Positions 20,279 through 29,272 are shown, counted from the stretch's first letter. The stretch: DNA of 64,000 nucleotides from an uncultured Gammaproteobacteria bacterium (GCA_964590105.1 CAZPYM010000003.1:72179-136178); one strand, 5' to 3'. A program made the numbers and translations. Notes: generated by a model not told the origin, from the sequence alone.

Positions 20279-20926
20279 ATGAAACAGGTTTATATTCTAG
20301 TAGGTCCGCCGGGTTCGGGCAAGGGAACGCAGGCAGAGCTTTTGGCCAGGGAGCTCGGCATTAAGAGTTTTTCTTCCGGCCAGATTCTTCGCGAGGAAAT
20401 TATCAGAAAAACCGTAATTGGGAGGGAGGCTGACAGATTGCTTCGTCAAGGGCTCTTTATGCCTGATGATATAGTCTGCAAAATGATGATTGGCAGGCTG
20501 AAATCAGCGCGAAAAGCGGTGATTTTCGACGGGTTTCCGAGAAATTTAGCGCAGGCTAAAATCTTTAATGATTATCTCGAAAAGCATAAATCAATCAATA
20601 CCGTGATTGACATCAATCTTAGTCTAAGTAAAATATTTGATAGAATTTTGGGTAGGCTTTCGTGCCAGTGCGGGGAAATTTTTCATCGCAAGTACCGGCC
20701 GCCAAAGAAAAAAGGACTGTGCGATTATTGCGGTGGTAAATTAAAAAAACGATCTGATGATAATGAGAAAACTTTGCGGGCTAGGCTAAGAGTATATCAG
20801 CGGGAAACCAAACCGATAATAAAATATTATCAGAAGAAAAAAGGCTACCAATATTTTCGGCTTAATGGCGGCGGCTCGGTTGAAGCGGTTAATCGAATGC
20901 TTATAAAAAAAGTGAAAAACAAATGA
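20279..20926 (+). CDS. adk: adenylate kinase with a Cys4 zinc-binding lid
   Basis: ILVGPPGSGKGTQAE P-loop and the CQCGEIF...CDYCGG lid. Confidence 0.93.
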   Translation: MKQVYILVGPPGSGKGTQAELLARELGIKSFSSGQILREEIIRKTVIGREADRLLRQGLFMPDDIVCKMMIGRLKSARKAVIFDGFPRNLAQAKIFNDYLEKHKSINTVIDINLSLSKIFDRILGRLSCQCGEIFHRKYRPPKKKGLCDYCGGKLKKRSDDNEKTLRARLRVYQRETKPIIKYYQKKKGYQYFRLNGGGSVEAVNRMLIKKVKNK

Positions 20927-21687
20927 TCAGATTAAAAAGTGAAAGTGAAATTCAAGAGTTAAAAAAGGGCGGAAAAATTCTGGCTGGGGTTTTGGCGAAA
21001 GTAAAAAAAGCAGCTAAAGCCGGGGTTACTACTGTCGAACTTGATAAGATGGCGGAAGATGAAATTTTATTGAGTGGCGGCCAGCCTTCTTTTAAAGGCT
21101 ATGGCGAGGTAAATAATCCATTCCCGGCTTCACTTTGCACTTCGGTCAATGAACAGCTGGTTCACGGCGTGCCGGGTGGGTATATTTTAAAAAACGGTGA
21201 TATCCTTAGTTTGGACCTCGGGATGCGATTTCCAAAAGATCATGGATTATACACTGATATGGCCGTGACTATTCCCGTTGGAAAAATCAGCCAACCGGCA
21301 AAGAATTTGATAAAAGTAACAAAAAGAGCTCTGGATGTTTGGCTCGACAATCTCAAAGCTGGCCGCGATCTTTTTCAGATAGCAAAAAAAGTTCAGGATT
21401 ATGTGGAGGTGGCGGGATACTCTGTTGTTCGTGATCTAGTTGGTCATGGCGTGGGGCACGCAGTGCACGAAGATCCGCAGATTCCAAATTATTTTATACC
21501 AAGGGCGGAATTAATTTTAAAAGAAGGCATGGTGCTGGCGCTCGAACCAATGGTCAGCGCTGGTGACTATCGGATAAAAACATTGAACGATAATTGGACA
21601 ATTGTTACGCTGGATAAAAGTCTATGCGCTCATTTTGAGCATACTGTTGCGATAACAAAACGGGGCTGTATTGTTTTGACTAAATAA
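20923..21687 (+). CDS. map: methionine aminopeptidase type I
   Basis: MAP-I fold with metal ligands (D...D...H...E...E). ATGA overlap with the adk stop. Confidence 0.9.
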   Translation: MIRLKSESEIQELKKGGKILAGVLAKVKKAAKAGVTTVELDKMAEDEILLSGGQPSFKGYGEVNNPFPASLCTSVNEQLVHGVPGGYILKNGDILSLDLGMRFPKDHGLYTDMAVTIPVGKISQPAKNLIKVTKRALDVWLDNLKAGRDLFQIAKKVQDYVEVAGYSVVRDLVGHGVGHAVHEDPQIPNYFIPRAELILKEGMVLALEPMVSAGDYRIKTLNDNWTIVTLDKSLCAHFEHTVAITKRGCIVLTK

Positions 21688-21690
21688 AAC

Positions 21691-22077
21691 ATGAACTATC
21701 TTGGACTTGATTGGGGAAAAGCAAAAATTGGTTTGGCGATTGGCAGCGATGAAGTCAAAATCGCCAGCCCGATTTTAATATTGAGGTCAACGGGCGGGCA
21801 GGATTTAATTTTTAAATTGCGAGAAATTATTGAACAGGAAAACATTGAAGCGATTGTTGTTGGCAAGCCGGTCAGTTTAAGCGGGCAAATGGGAGAATCG
21901 GCTGAGTTTGATAATTTTGTAGCCGGTCTGGAATCTTTGGGTGTCAGGGTGGAGGTGGAAGACGAGAGACTGTCAACAAAAATGGCGCAAAAACTGCAAC
22001 GCGGCGCAGAAAAAAAAGGAGATGATGATGCCCTGGCTGCAGCGATTATTTTGCAGTCATATTTTGACCGGCTATAA
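21691..22077 (+). CDS. ruvX: Holliday-junction resolvase-like YqgF/RuvX
   Basis: MNYLGLDWGKAKIGLAIGSDEVKIASPI... RNase H-like YqgF. Confidence 0.85.
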   Translation: MNYLGLDWGKAKIGLAIGSDEVKIASPILILRSTGGQDLIFKLREIIEQENIEAIVVGKPVSLSGQMGESAEFDNFVAGLESLGVRVEVEDERLSTKMAQKLQRGAEKKGDDDALAAAIILQSYFDRL

Positions 22078-22078
22078 T

Positions 22079-22732
22079 ATGGAAAGAACTTATAAAACTG
22101 CGGCCATTGCGCTCGGCCAAAAACAATGGAGGGATGACGACCTCTTGTTTTATTTTTTTACGCAGGATTTCGGGCGAGTTGAGGCGGTGGCTACGGGCGC
22201 CCGCAAAATAAAAAGCAAGCTGGCTGGCCACCTGGCAGTTCCCGGAATTATCGAAGTTATTTTTATTAATGGTAAAGCGCAAAAAAAATTAACCCACGCA
22301 TATTTAATTAAAAAATATAGTTTTGATAGTGAGCAAGATTGGTATTATTATAATTGTTTACTCGAGCTTTTAGTCAAGTCGTTGCCAGTCGGAGAGAAGA
22401 ATGAGCCGGTGTGGAAACTATTAATGTGGACGATGGAAAGTATTGGACTGCAAAATACTGACGAAGGAAAAAAAATGATCTTGAATTTGTTTATTATAAA
22501 ATTAATGACAATGCTTGGTTACGAAATTAGTTTTGATCGCGCCGGAACATATACGAATCGGTTCAATCTGCCCGATCAGATCCGGCAGACGATTGAAAAC
22601 ATTCAACAAAAGAGAGCGAATCCGCAAATAAGCATTTCAAAGGAAAATGTAAAAAAAATGGCCGTGTTTTTACGTAAATACTTAGCTTATTATTTAGAGC
22701 GGCCAATACACAGCTTGGAAAATGTTGTTTGA
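22079..22732 (+). CDS. recO: DNA repair protein RecO
   Basis: MERTYKTAAIALGQKQWRDDDLLFYFFTQDFGRVEAVATGARKIKSKLAGHL is the RecO N-terminal OB fold. The start sits 1 nt after the ruvX stop. The longer upstream ORF in the track (21941) overlaps ruvX and is rejected. Confidence 0.75.
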   Translation: MERTYKTAAIALGQKQWRDDDLLFYFFTQDFGRVEAVATGARKIKSKLAGHLAVPGIIEVIFINGKAQKKLTHAYLIKKYSFDSEQDWYYYNCLLELLVKSLPVGEKNEPVWKLLMWTMESIGLQNTDEGKKMILNLFIIKLMTMLGYEISFDRAGTYTNRFNLPDQIRQTIENIQQKRANPQISISKENVKKMAVFLRKYLAYYLERPIHSLENVV

Positions 22733-22805
22733 TTGGGCTCTTGACATTGTTGTTTCTTTGATGTAACTTTAAATGTTGGAATAGTTCATTTTAACGGAGG
22801 GAACA

Positions 22806-23585
22806 ATGAAACGTCTCGGATATATGCTGTTGATTTTTGTTTTGAATGGCTGTCTGCAAAAGCCGTCTCCCTGGGTGCCGTCAGGCGACTGGGCGGGAGA
22901 AGTCCTTGCAGAAGCAGTAATTACTATTCATCCTGATCTGGAGGGGGAAGCCGAACCGTTGGATCTCCTGGATCAGACAGAGGACAAGCATCGGCAGGAA
23001 AATGAAGACTTGTCTACGAAGGACAAGGATCTGTCGGTGGAAGTTTCGGATCTTGATTTCGTGGAACAATGCACTTCTGACAATGAACTTGCAGCAGACA
23101 CGCCGGAAGTGGACTTTGAAACAGATGACGACACGGCAGATGTCTCCACTTTCGATGTCCCAGTCTGCCCGCCGGGCTATGTCTGGAGCAAAACGCAGGG
23201 TAAGTGCGTTTCATTCTGCGCGGCTGATCAGTATTATGAAGCAAACCTGGGCAAGTGCGTATACTACCCGTGTTGTGACCTTTCTGGTAGCTGGGAATTA
23301 AGCATACTTGATTCAGACACCATGCTCTTCACGATTTATCAGTTGACGATCAATCAGTTGATATCGTACTTGGAAGGCGATGCAAAATGTGTTTCGCTGT
23401 CGGAAGAGGCCAAGTGCTATGGCCTGCTGGAAGATAAAAAGTTCACGCTGAACTGTGTGAGCAATGAATACACACTTGTGCTCACGTCTGGCATTACGAC
23501 AGTAACTTCATTTATTGGATTTTACAGTTACCAGTACACTGATGGTAATTTTAAAAATGGTTCGTTTAACGTAAAAAAATTATAA
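22806..23585 (+). CDS. lipoprotein with an acidic variable N-terminal region and a conserved Cys-rich C-terminal domain (paralog 1)
   Basis: Lipobox-like signal MKRLGYMLLIFVLNGC. A D/E-rich region is followed by a C-terminal domain of about 150 aa with at least 8 Cys. That domain is near-identical to the next gene. Confidence 0.7.
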   Translation: MKRLGYMLLIFVLNGCLQKPSPWVPSGDWAGEVLAEAVITIHPDLEGEAEPLDLLDQTEDKHRQENEDLSTKDKDLSVEVSDLDFVEQCTSDNELAADTPEVDFETDDDTADVSTFDVPVCPPGYVWSKTQGKCVSFCAADQYYEANLGKCVYYPCCDLSGSWELSILDSDTMLFTIYQLTINQLISYLEGDAKCVSLSEEAKCYGLLEDKKFTLNCVSNEYTLVLTSGITTVTSFIGFYSYQYTDGNFKNGSFNVKKL

Positions 23586-23592
23586 ACAAAAC

Positions 23593-23622
23593 AGGTCCGA
23601 TCATCCGGGCCGTTTTATTTTG
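23593..23622 (+). terminator. Rho-independent terminator after lipoprotein paralog 1
   Basis: ggtccg-atcatc-cgggcc hairpin followed by gttttattttgtt. An identical element follows paralog 2 at 24415-24445. Confidence 0.6.
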
Positions 23623-23725
23623 TTAATAATATGTGGCGAGGTCTTATTAATGGTTGTTGACATTTTTATTTCGCTATTGTAAAGTAATTGGTAATAATTG
23701 TTCTTTACCCAACAAGGAGAACGCG

Positions 23726-24406
23726 ATGAAGTATTTTGTATGTTTCTTTCTGGCCCTCATTTTCAGTTCATGTATAAAACGAGTTGATTGGGGTGAGTTT
23801 GTCCCTTTGGACGAGCTTTCAGTTGATTCTGATATTAATGTTGGCGAAACAGAGATTTTTCAGCTATTGGATGGTAGCGGTGAGCAACACGAGAATTTGT
23901 TTGATTCTATCACGTCTGAGTTATTGGATACAAATATTGCCCCCCTGAGAGAGATAAAAGAGACCGTATCCGTTGATGTGCTGGTTTGTGCTCCGGGCTA
24001 TGTCTGGAGCGAAGCGCAGGGCAAGTGCGTTTCATTCTGCGCGGCTGATCAGTATTATGAAGCAAAACTGGGCAAGTGCGTATACTACCCGTGCTGTGAT
24101 CTTTCCGGCGACTGGGAATTAAGCATACTTGATTCAGACACAATGCTTTTTACGATCTATCAGGTAAAGATCAATCAGCTGACATCGTACTTGGAAGGTG
24201 AGGCAAAATGTGTTTTACCGTTGGAACAGGCGGATTGTTACGGTTTGCTTGAAGACAAAAAATTCGCGTTTAATTGCGTGAGCAATGATTACACGCTGGT
24301 GCTCACGTCCGGACTGGCGACAGTAACTTCATTTATTGGATTTTACAGTTACCAGTACACTGATGGTAATTTTAAAAATGGTTCGTTCAACGTAAAAAAA
24401 TTATAA
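23726..24406 (+). CDS. lipoprotein paralog 2 (Cys-rich C-terminal domain)
   Basis: Start MKYFVCFFLALIFSSC (lipobox). AAGGAG RBS. The C-terminal 150 aa are about 85-90% identical to the previous gene, and there is long nucleotide identity as well. Confidence 0.7.
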   Translation: MKYFVCFFLALIFSSCIKRVDWGEFVPLDELSVDSDINVGETEIFQLLDGSGEQHENLFDSITSELLDTNIAPLREIKETVSVDVLVCAPGYVWSEAQGKCVSFCAADQYYEAKLGKCVYYPCCDLSGDWELSILDSDTMLFTIYQVKINQLTSYLEGEAKCVLPLEQADCYGLLEDKKFAFNCVSNDYTLVLTSGLATVTSFIGFYSYQYTDGNFKNGSFNVKKL

Positions 24407-24476
24407 ACAAAACAGGTCCGATCATCCGGGCCGTTTTAATTTTATTAATAAATTGTATATAAAAATTAATTTTAAA

Positions 24477-24505
24477 AAGAAAAAGAGGCGAATGTTCGCC
24501 TCTTT
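24477..24505. terminator. bidirectional terminator hairpin (serves minus-strand gene 24530..25708)
   Basis: aagaggcga-atgt-tcgcctctt with T-runs on both strands. Confidence 0.6.
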
Positions 24506-24529
24506 CTTTGTTGTGACAGAGTTATTTTT

Positions 24530-25708
24530 CTATCTCTTTTCTTTTGCCTTGGCCCTGACCGCCTGGCACCAGGGCAAGCCCCAGACGTACCAGGGGCAAG
24601 CGTTTTCCGGCTTGGACGCGCACATGCCCATCTGACAGAGCGCGGCGCGAGCCGGTTCAAAGGTCTCCGGACAAACCGCCACCTTGATCAGCTCGCAGAT
24701 ATCCGCGAGCGGGATCATGGTCGGCGTGGTGGCGGGAGCAGTGATGCTCCCGTTCAGCAGGAACTGGCCTTCGTGATGGAAATACCACACACCGGAGGGG
24801 CCCATGCCTTCGTCCGACAGTTCCCGCCAGTTGTTTACGATGACCTTGCCGCGAACCTTCTGCTCTTCATAGCGCAAGACTCGCGCCAGGGTGAAAAGCT
24901 TCAGGTTGGCACGGCGGGCCGTGTGAATGGTCACATGACCGGCCGGTCGTCTCTGGACAACGATGTCAGCGTTGGCGCCGTCCTTGAAGCGGCCGGCGCG
25001 GCCGATTTCGTTGTTGTCCGATTCGATGGCCAGGAGAACAAGCGTGCGCTCGTTCGGGCCCTTGATCTTGCTGATCTGGCCCTTTTCTTTGATTTCCTCG
25101 AGCGCGGCCTTGAAGGCCTCGTCCTGCGCCTTTTCCGCGTCAGCGGTATAGGCCAGCCAGTTCGCCGCGGAAATCTCAGGCTTGTTCGGATTCTGCTCGA
25201 CGAGTAGTTTGCCGAAATAGTCCTTGCCGAACTCCTTGGTTTTCTTCTCCGCCCGAATCTTGGCGCGGATGGCCACAAGGGCCCAGTCGATGATCTCGGC
25301 GGTCTGTTCCGAGAAAACCCGGTGCAGCATGTTCACGTACGTGGCCAGCCCACCAGGCTGATCGCGTCCGTGGAGGTCATTGTCCAGGACATAGGACAGA
25401 ACCTCCTTCAGTTCCTCGTTGTCCCGGACGCCGAGTGCCCTCGCCACCAGTGTGGCCGCGCATTCGTCCTCTTTCTTCGCCTCCCCGTTGGCGGGATGCT
25501 CATCAAACTCGCCACCCAGCACTCCGACGTGGATGATGCCGTGTGGACAGTGCGTTTTTAGAAACTCCTTGGTGCCGTACAGCTCAAGGAGGGAGATTGC
25601 CGCGATTTCCTCCACGTGGAGGGCGGCGTGAGTGAGAAACCAGATCTTCCGGCCTGCGACCGTGATCTGGAATCGGATGAAATTCCCTTGTCTTTCTATT
25701 GTTTTCAA
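24530..25708 (-). CDS. hypothetical protein (392 aa) on a GC-rich island. Apparent TTG start. His-rich N-terminal region and a Cys-cluster C-terminus.
   Basis: Long ORF with strong GC3 bias in about 57% GC DNA, a G-rich RBS and a terminator. Motifs THAALHVEE, HCPHGIIHVGVLGGEFDEH and 5 Cys in the last 45 aa. I cannot assign a family. Confidence 0.55.
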   Translation of the reverse strand: MKTIERQGNFIRFQITVAGRKIWFLTHAALHVEEIAAISLLELYGTKEFLKTHCPHGIIHVGVLGGEFDEHPANGEAKKEDECAATLVARALGVRDNEELKEVLSYVLDNDLHGRDQPGGLATYVNMLHRVFSEQTAEIIDWALVAIRAKIRAEKKTKEFGKDYFGKLLVEQNPNKPEISAANWLAYTADAEKAQDEAFKAALEEIKEKGQISKIKGPNERTLVLLAIESDNNEIGRAGRFKDGANADIVVQRRPAGHVTIHTARRANLKLFTLARVLRYEEQKVRGKVIVNNWRELSDEGMGPSGVWYFHHEGQFLLNGSITAPATTPTMIPLADICELIKVAVCPETFEPARAALCQMGMCASKPENACPWYVWGLPWCQAVRAKAKEKR

Positions 25709-25935
25709 TTTTCCCCCCTATTTTGGTTGTCAATTTGCAAACTCTACGAAATCGTATTATAGCATATAAAAATTTAAATGTCAAGCTGTTTTAGCTATTT
25801 TTAGCTAAAATTGCTATTTATATTAAGTTCCAAAAAGACCATTGACAAGAATAAAAAAATTGGGTAAGCTTATTTGATATATTTGTTCATTTATTGAAAT
25901 TTCTAAACGTTGTTCGAGCTTTACAAGGAGGCGCA

Positions 25936-26808
25936 ATGGCAGGAAAAAGCAAAACCGGTTTTATCGAACGAGCTATGGCTAAAGTGGCCAAGCAGATTGA
26001 AAAATTGATTGAAGAAGAAGGAAAAATGCGGATGCGTTGGGTAAAGGGTTACCACCGCATGCAACGCGCGGCGCAGGGTTTGACAAAGATTACGAGACTG
26101 AAAACCAAGAGAGCTGAAAGTTTTGGGAAGATTGTCAATTCCTGGATGCAGGAATCAATAGGCATGACCAAGGCGCGTGACGCCAAGCGAGCGCAAAGGG
26201 AAGCCAAAGAAAAAGAGCTTCAGGAATTGAAGTTACAATTGGTTAAACTGCAGGCTGAAATCAACCGCGTGACCGGTGAAACCGATGAAATCGTGGACCA
26301 GGTTTTCAGTCTGAATGACGCAGTGGTGGCGGCGCTCGAGTCGCGGCAGGCATATCTCAGCAATCATGTGTTTCATCGTTTGATCGGCGACAATGGGGAG
26401 ATGCGCAGTCAGATCACGTTTGACAGCAAGGACGGTTTGCGCCGGGTGGTGGTTATGGTGAATCATATAACCAAGGTTCAGACCGACTTGGCTAACGCGG
26501 CCATGCTCGAGATTGATAAGTTTTTCACCCGCTTTGGCGTTGAAACCGCAGAAGACAGGCTGGAACCGGAAGTGCAGGCGCTGTACAAGCTGACGCGCGA
26601 GATCTTGATTTCACGCCAGACATTCAAGGTCGGACGGGATTTGTATCGGTTCCTCGGAATTGAGATTGATGAAGGCATTTTCCCCGAATTGTACAAGGCT
26701 CAGATGCTCCTGCGGCGCAGTCTGCGCAGTGAGAAAACCAATTCATACATTCGCTTGTCCAAACGAGCAAACATGAATGACAAGTGGCAGGCATTGCCCC
26801 TGCACTAG
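25936..26808 (+). CDS. hypothetical coiled-coil protein (291 aa) on a GC-rich island, divergent from the previous gene
   Basis: AGGAGG RBS 7 nt upstream of ATG 25936. N-terminal K/R/E coiled coil, then a C-terminal globular part. High GC3. Followed by a strong terminator. Confidence 0.55.
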   Translation: MAGKSKTGFIERAMAKVAKQIEKLIEEEGKMRMRWVKGYHRMQRAAQGLTKITRLKTKRAESFGKIVNSWMQESIGMTKARDAKRAQREAKEKELQELKLQLVKLQAEINRVTGETDEIVDQVFSLNDAVVAALESRQAYLSNHVFHRLIGDNGEMRSQITFDSKDGLRRVVVMVNHITKVQTDLANAAMLEIDKFFTRFGVETAEDRLEPEVQALYKLTREILISRQTFKVGRDLYRFLGIEIDEGIFPELYKAQMLLRRSLRSEKTNSYIRLSKRANMNDKWQALPLH

Positions 26809-26840
26809 ATTTGAGATCATCCCCCCGCCGTTCGCGAATG

Positions 26841-26877
26841 GCGGGGATTTTATTTTTAAACTCTTGATAAAAAGGCA
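26841..26877 (+). terminator. Rho-independent terminator
   Basis: ccccgccgttcgcgaatggcgggg hairpin followed by attttattttt. Confidence 0.7.
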
Positions 26878-26913
26878 ATAGTTTGTTATTGTGGGTTTAG
26901 TTTCAAGTTTTAT

Positions 26914-26989
26914 GCTCGTATAGCTCAGTGGTTAGAGCACCGCCCTTATAAGGCGGGGGTCGATGGTTCAAATCCATCTACGAGCACCA
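26914..26989 (+). tRNA. tRNA-Ile with anticodon UAU (as read from the loop CTTATAA)
   Basis: 76 nt cloverleaf: acceptor GCTCGTA/TACGAGC, D arm GCTC-AGTGGTTA-GAGC, anticodon stem CCGCC/GGCGG, T arm GATGG-TTCAAAT-CCATC, encoded CCA. The scaffold closely resembles bacterial tRNA-Ile(GAU) but has TAT in the anticodon. Confidence 0.75.
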
Positions 26990-27050
26990 TTCTTCGCTCC
27001 GCTAAGGCGGAGCTACGAATGGCGCGCCAAAGTTTGTAACGTTCAGTTCA

Positions 27051-27127
27051 GGGCAGCTAGCTCAGTTGGTTAGAGCGTCTCGTTGACGTCGAGAAGGTCA
27101 CAAGTTCGACTCTTGTGCTGCCCACCA
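27051..27127 (+). tRNA. tRNA-Val (anticodon GAC)
   Basis: 77 nt. Acceptor GGGCAGC/GCTGCCC, anticodon loop TTGACGT, T arm ACAAG-TTCGACT-CTTGT, encoded CCA. Confidence 0.8.
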
Positions 27128-27195
27128 TAAGAAATAAATATATTTAACTGTTTATTTTTTTTTGCCTTTTTATGTTATAATGAAAAAAATCAAAT

Positions 27196-28218
27196 ATGAT
27201 GATATTTATCTGGAGTATTATTTTAGTCACGAGCCTCTGGGTTCTGGTAAAGGCCGCTGACTATTTCACTGATTATGCTGAAAAGTTGGGTAAATTACTT
27301 CACCTGTCCAATTTTATTATTGGAGTTGTGATTGTGGCTGTCGGTACATCTTTGCCGGAACTGGCCACGTCCATCATGGGAGTTAGGCGGGGAGAGGTTG
27401 AAATGCTTAGTGGCAATGTGATCGGAACAATCATTGCTAATCTATTGCTTGGCCTCGGACTGGCGGTTTTATTTACTAGAAAAAAGGCGGTTTTCAATTG
27501 GGACATTGTGTCCAATGATTTTCCGTTTTTTGCCGGCGCGATATTTTTACTGGCCGTGACATTGATGGACGGCAAGTTCACTTTTGTTGAGGCGATTTTA
27601 TTTTTAGTCGGCTATGTTCTTTATTTATTGTATGCCTTTTTTATTCAAAAGGAGGAAAGCGCTGTCACGCGCCAGGAGTTTAGAAAAGAGCTAAAAAAAG
27701 AAGTTGAAACAGGCATTGAAGAAACACAAAAAAGAGAAAAAAAAGCCGGCTTTCTTGCCACGATGATTAGTGAAAACACAAAAACGATTTTGGTTTTAAT
27801 TGTCAGTCTGGGAATTGTTTCTTTCGCTTCTTATTATGTAGTGGAAGCAGTAATCAATATGGCTGTCTTGCTTGGCTTCGGAGCTTCGGTTCTGGCGGCA
27901 ACAGTGGTGGCAGTGGGAACTTCACTCCCTGAAATATTGATTGCAATTTCAGCGGCGCGGCGCGGTAATTTTGACCTGGCGCTGGGCGATATTTTCGGTT
28001 CAAACATCTTTGATATTTTCGTGATTTACGGCGTGGCTGGCCTCATGACAACCTTAACAATCAGTCCGGCTTTGTTCAGCACTTTAATTATATTTTTAAT
28101 TGGAACCTTTATCCTGCTCTGGTTGGTATTGATTGACAAAAAAATTACAAAAACAGAGGCAACACTCTTTCTTATTATTTATTTATTTTTCATCGGTAAA
28201 ATGTTTTTGTTGTTTTAA
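27196..28218 (+). CDS. Ca2+/Na+ antiporter, CaCA family (YrbG-like)
   Basis: Two alpha-repeats containing GTSLPEL / GTSLPEI, with about 10 TM segments. Confidence 0.8.
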   Translation: MMIFIWSIILVTSLWVLVKAADYFTDYAEKLGKLLHLSNFIIGVVIVAVGTSLPELATSIMGVRRGEVEMLSGNVIGTIIANLLLGLGLAVLFTRKKAVFNWDIVSNDFPFFAGAIFLLAVTLMDGKFTFVEAILFLVGYVLYLLYAFFIQKEESAVTRQEFRKELKKEVETGIEETQKREKKAGFLATMISENTKTILVLIVSLGIVSFASYYVVEAVINMAVLLGFGASVLAATVVAVGTSLPEILIAISAARRGNFDLALGDIFGSNIFDIFVIYGVAGLMTTLTISPALFSTLIIFLIGTFILLWLVLIDKKITKTEATLFLIIYLFFIGKMFLLF

Positions 28219-28276
28219 TAACAAAATAAAAACTTCTTTGGCGATTTAAACTGTCCCCTAGAAGGCGGACAAAACA

Positions 28277-29272
28277 ATGAATTTATGGCCATGGAATTGT
28301 TTTTTTGAGCGGGGCTTTAATCGAATAACAATTCGTATGAACAAAGACATGGTTAAGCTAGTTGAGCCAATGTACCCTTGTCAGGATGTGCCAGTTGTTG
28401 TATTTGACGTCAGATGCCCAAAACCTTGCTTGTATTGCGATTTGTATCAGCGAGAATTTTCAGATGATCAGATAATTGCTGTCGGCGTAGACAATGTTTT
28501 AAAAAAATTGAAAAATTATAGCGGCGCATATTTTAGCGCGGTGTCGGATTGTTTTTTAGAAGAGAATCGGGAGCTGACCCATTATTTGTTGGAAAACATT
28601 TTTAGAATTATTCCGGATTTTGTGCCGTTGGTCGTTACTAAACAAATAATTCCGGATAAAACAATTGACTTGTTGATTGGGAATAAAGACCGAGTAGTTG
28701 TTCAGGTTTCAATTCCAAGTTTAAATGATAAATTGCTTTCAGTACTTGAACCTGGCGCGGCGGTAGTTGCTGATAGATTAAAACTAATTAAAAAATTAAT
28801 CAGCGCCGGCGTTCCGGTTTTGCCAGTCATTATGCCGTGGTTTGAAATTTATGAGGCCGAAGATAATATTGAAGACCTGCCAAGAGCTCTGGCTGAAGTC
28901 GGTGTTACTCGTTGTACGCTGGGTACAAGTGTTTTACCGGAAAAACAGCGGAAGGCGATGATTGGTTCCGGAAATGGAGCGGTTATTGAAGCCGTTAATA
29001 GTATGACAGAATCAAGAGAAGTTGTAACCAAGACTGGCTATACCCTGCCATTAGGAAAAAGAATGTTGATATTTGGGCGATTGGTTGAGGCTTTTAAAAA
29101 ACATGGTATTAAGGCTCGAATTTGTTCAGCGGATAATGTTGATATGATTGGCAAAACTGATTTGCCGATTTGTACAAAGTTTAAACATCCGCTGTTCCGA
29201 ACAATTAATAAAGCAAGAAAAGCAAGTTCGCCCGCCCAATATGCCAGCCGAGGCAGGCGGGTGGGTTGCTAA
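28277..29272 (+). CDS. radical SAM domain protein (SplB / COG1533-like DNA-repair-photolyase family)
   Basis: CPKPCLYC = CxxxCxxC radical SAM cluster motif, in a protein of about 330 aa. The last roughly 15 codons run into duplicated junction sequence. Confidence 0.6.
   Translation: MNLWPWNCFFERGFNRITIRMNKDMVKLVEPMYPCQDVPVVVFDVRCPKPCLYCDLYQREFSDDQIIAVGVDNVLKKLKNYSGAYFSAVSDCFLEENRELTHYLLENIFRIIPDFVPLVVTKQIIPDKTIDLLIGNKDRVVVQVSIPSLNDKLLSVLEPGAAVVADRLKLIKKLISAGVPVLPVIMPWFEIYEAEDNIEDLPRALAEVGVTRCTLGTSVLPEKQRKAMIGSGNGAVIEAVNSMTESREVVTKTGYTLPLGKRMLIFGRLVEAFKKHGIKARICSADNVDMIGKTDLPICTKFKHPLFRTINKARKASSPAQYASRGRRVGC

Noticed and set aside
21941-22078. Long upstream extension of the recO ORF (start at 21941)
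   Set aside because: It overlaps the 3' end of ruvX in another frame. The RecO homology begins at MERTYKT (22079), 1 nt after the ruvX stop.
24773-25278. Plus-strand ORFs (144 aa, and 115 aa on the minus strand in another frame) inside the GC-rich island
   Set aside because: These are typical antisense or alternative-frame ORFs of high-GC DNA. The 392-aa minus-strand frame has an RBS and terminator, has GC3 bias, and is far longer.
26884-26912. TTGATA-17-TATTGT promoter-like match upstream of tRNA-Ile
   Set aside because: The -10 ends 1 nt before the mature tRNA 5' end. The predicted transcription start would fall inside the tRNA.
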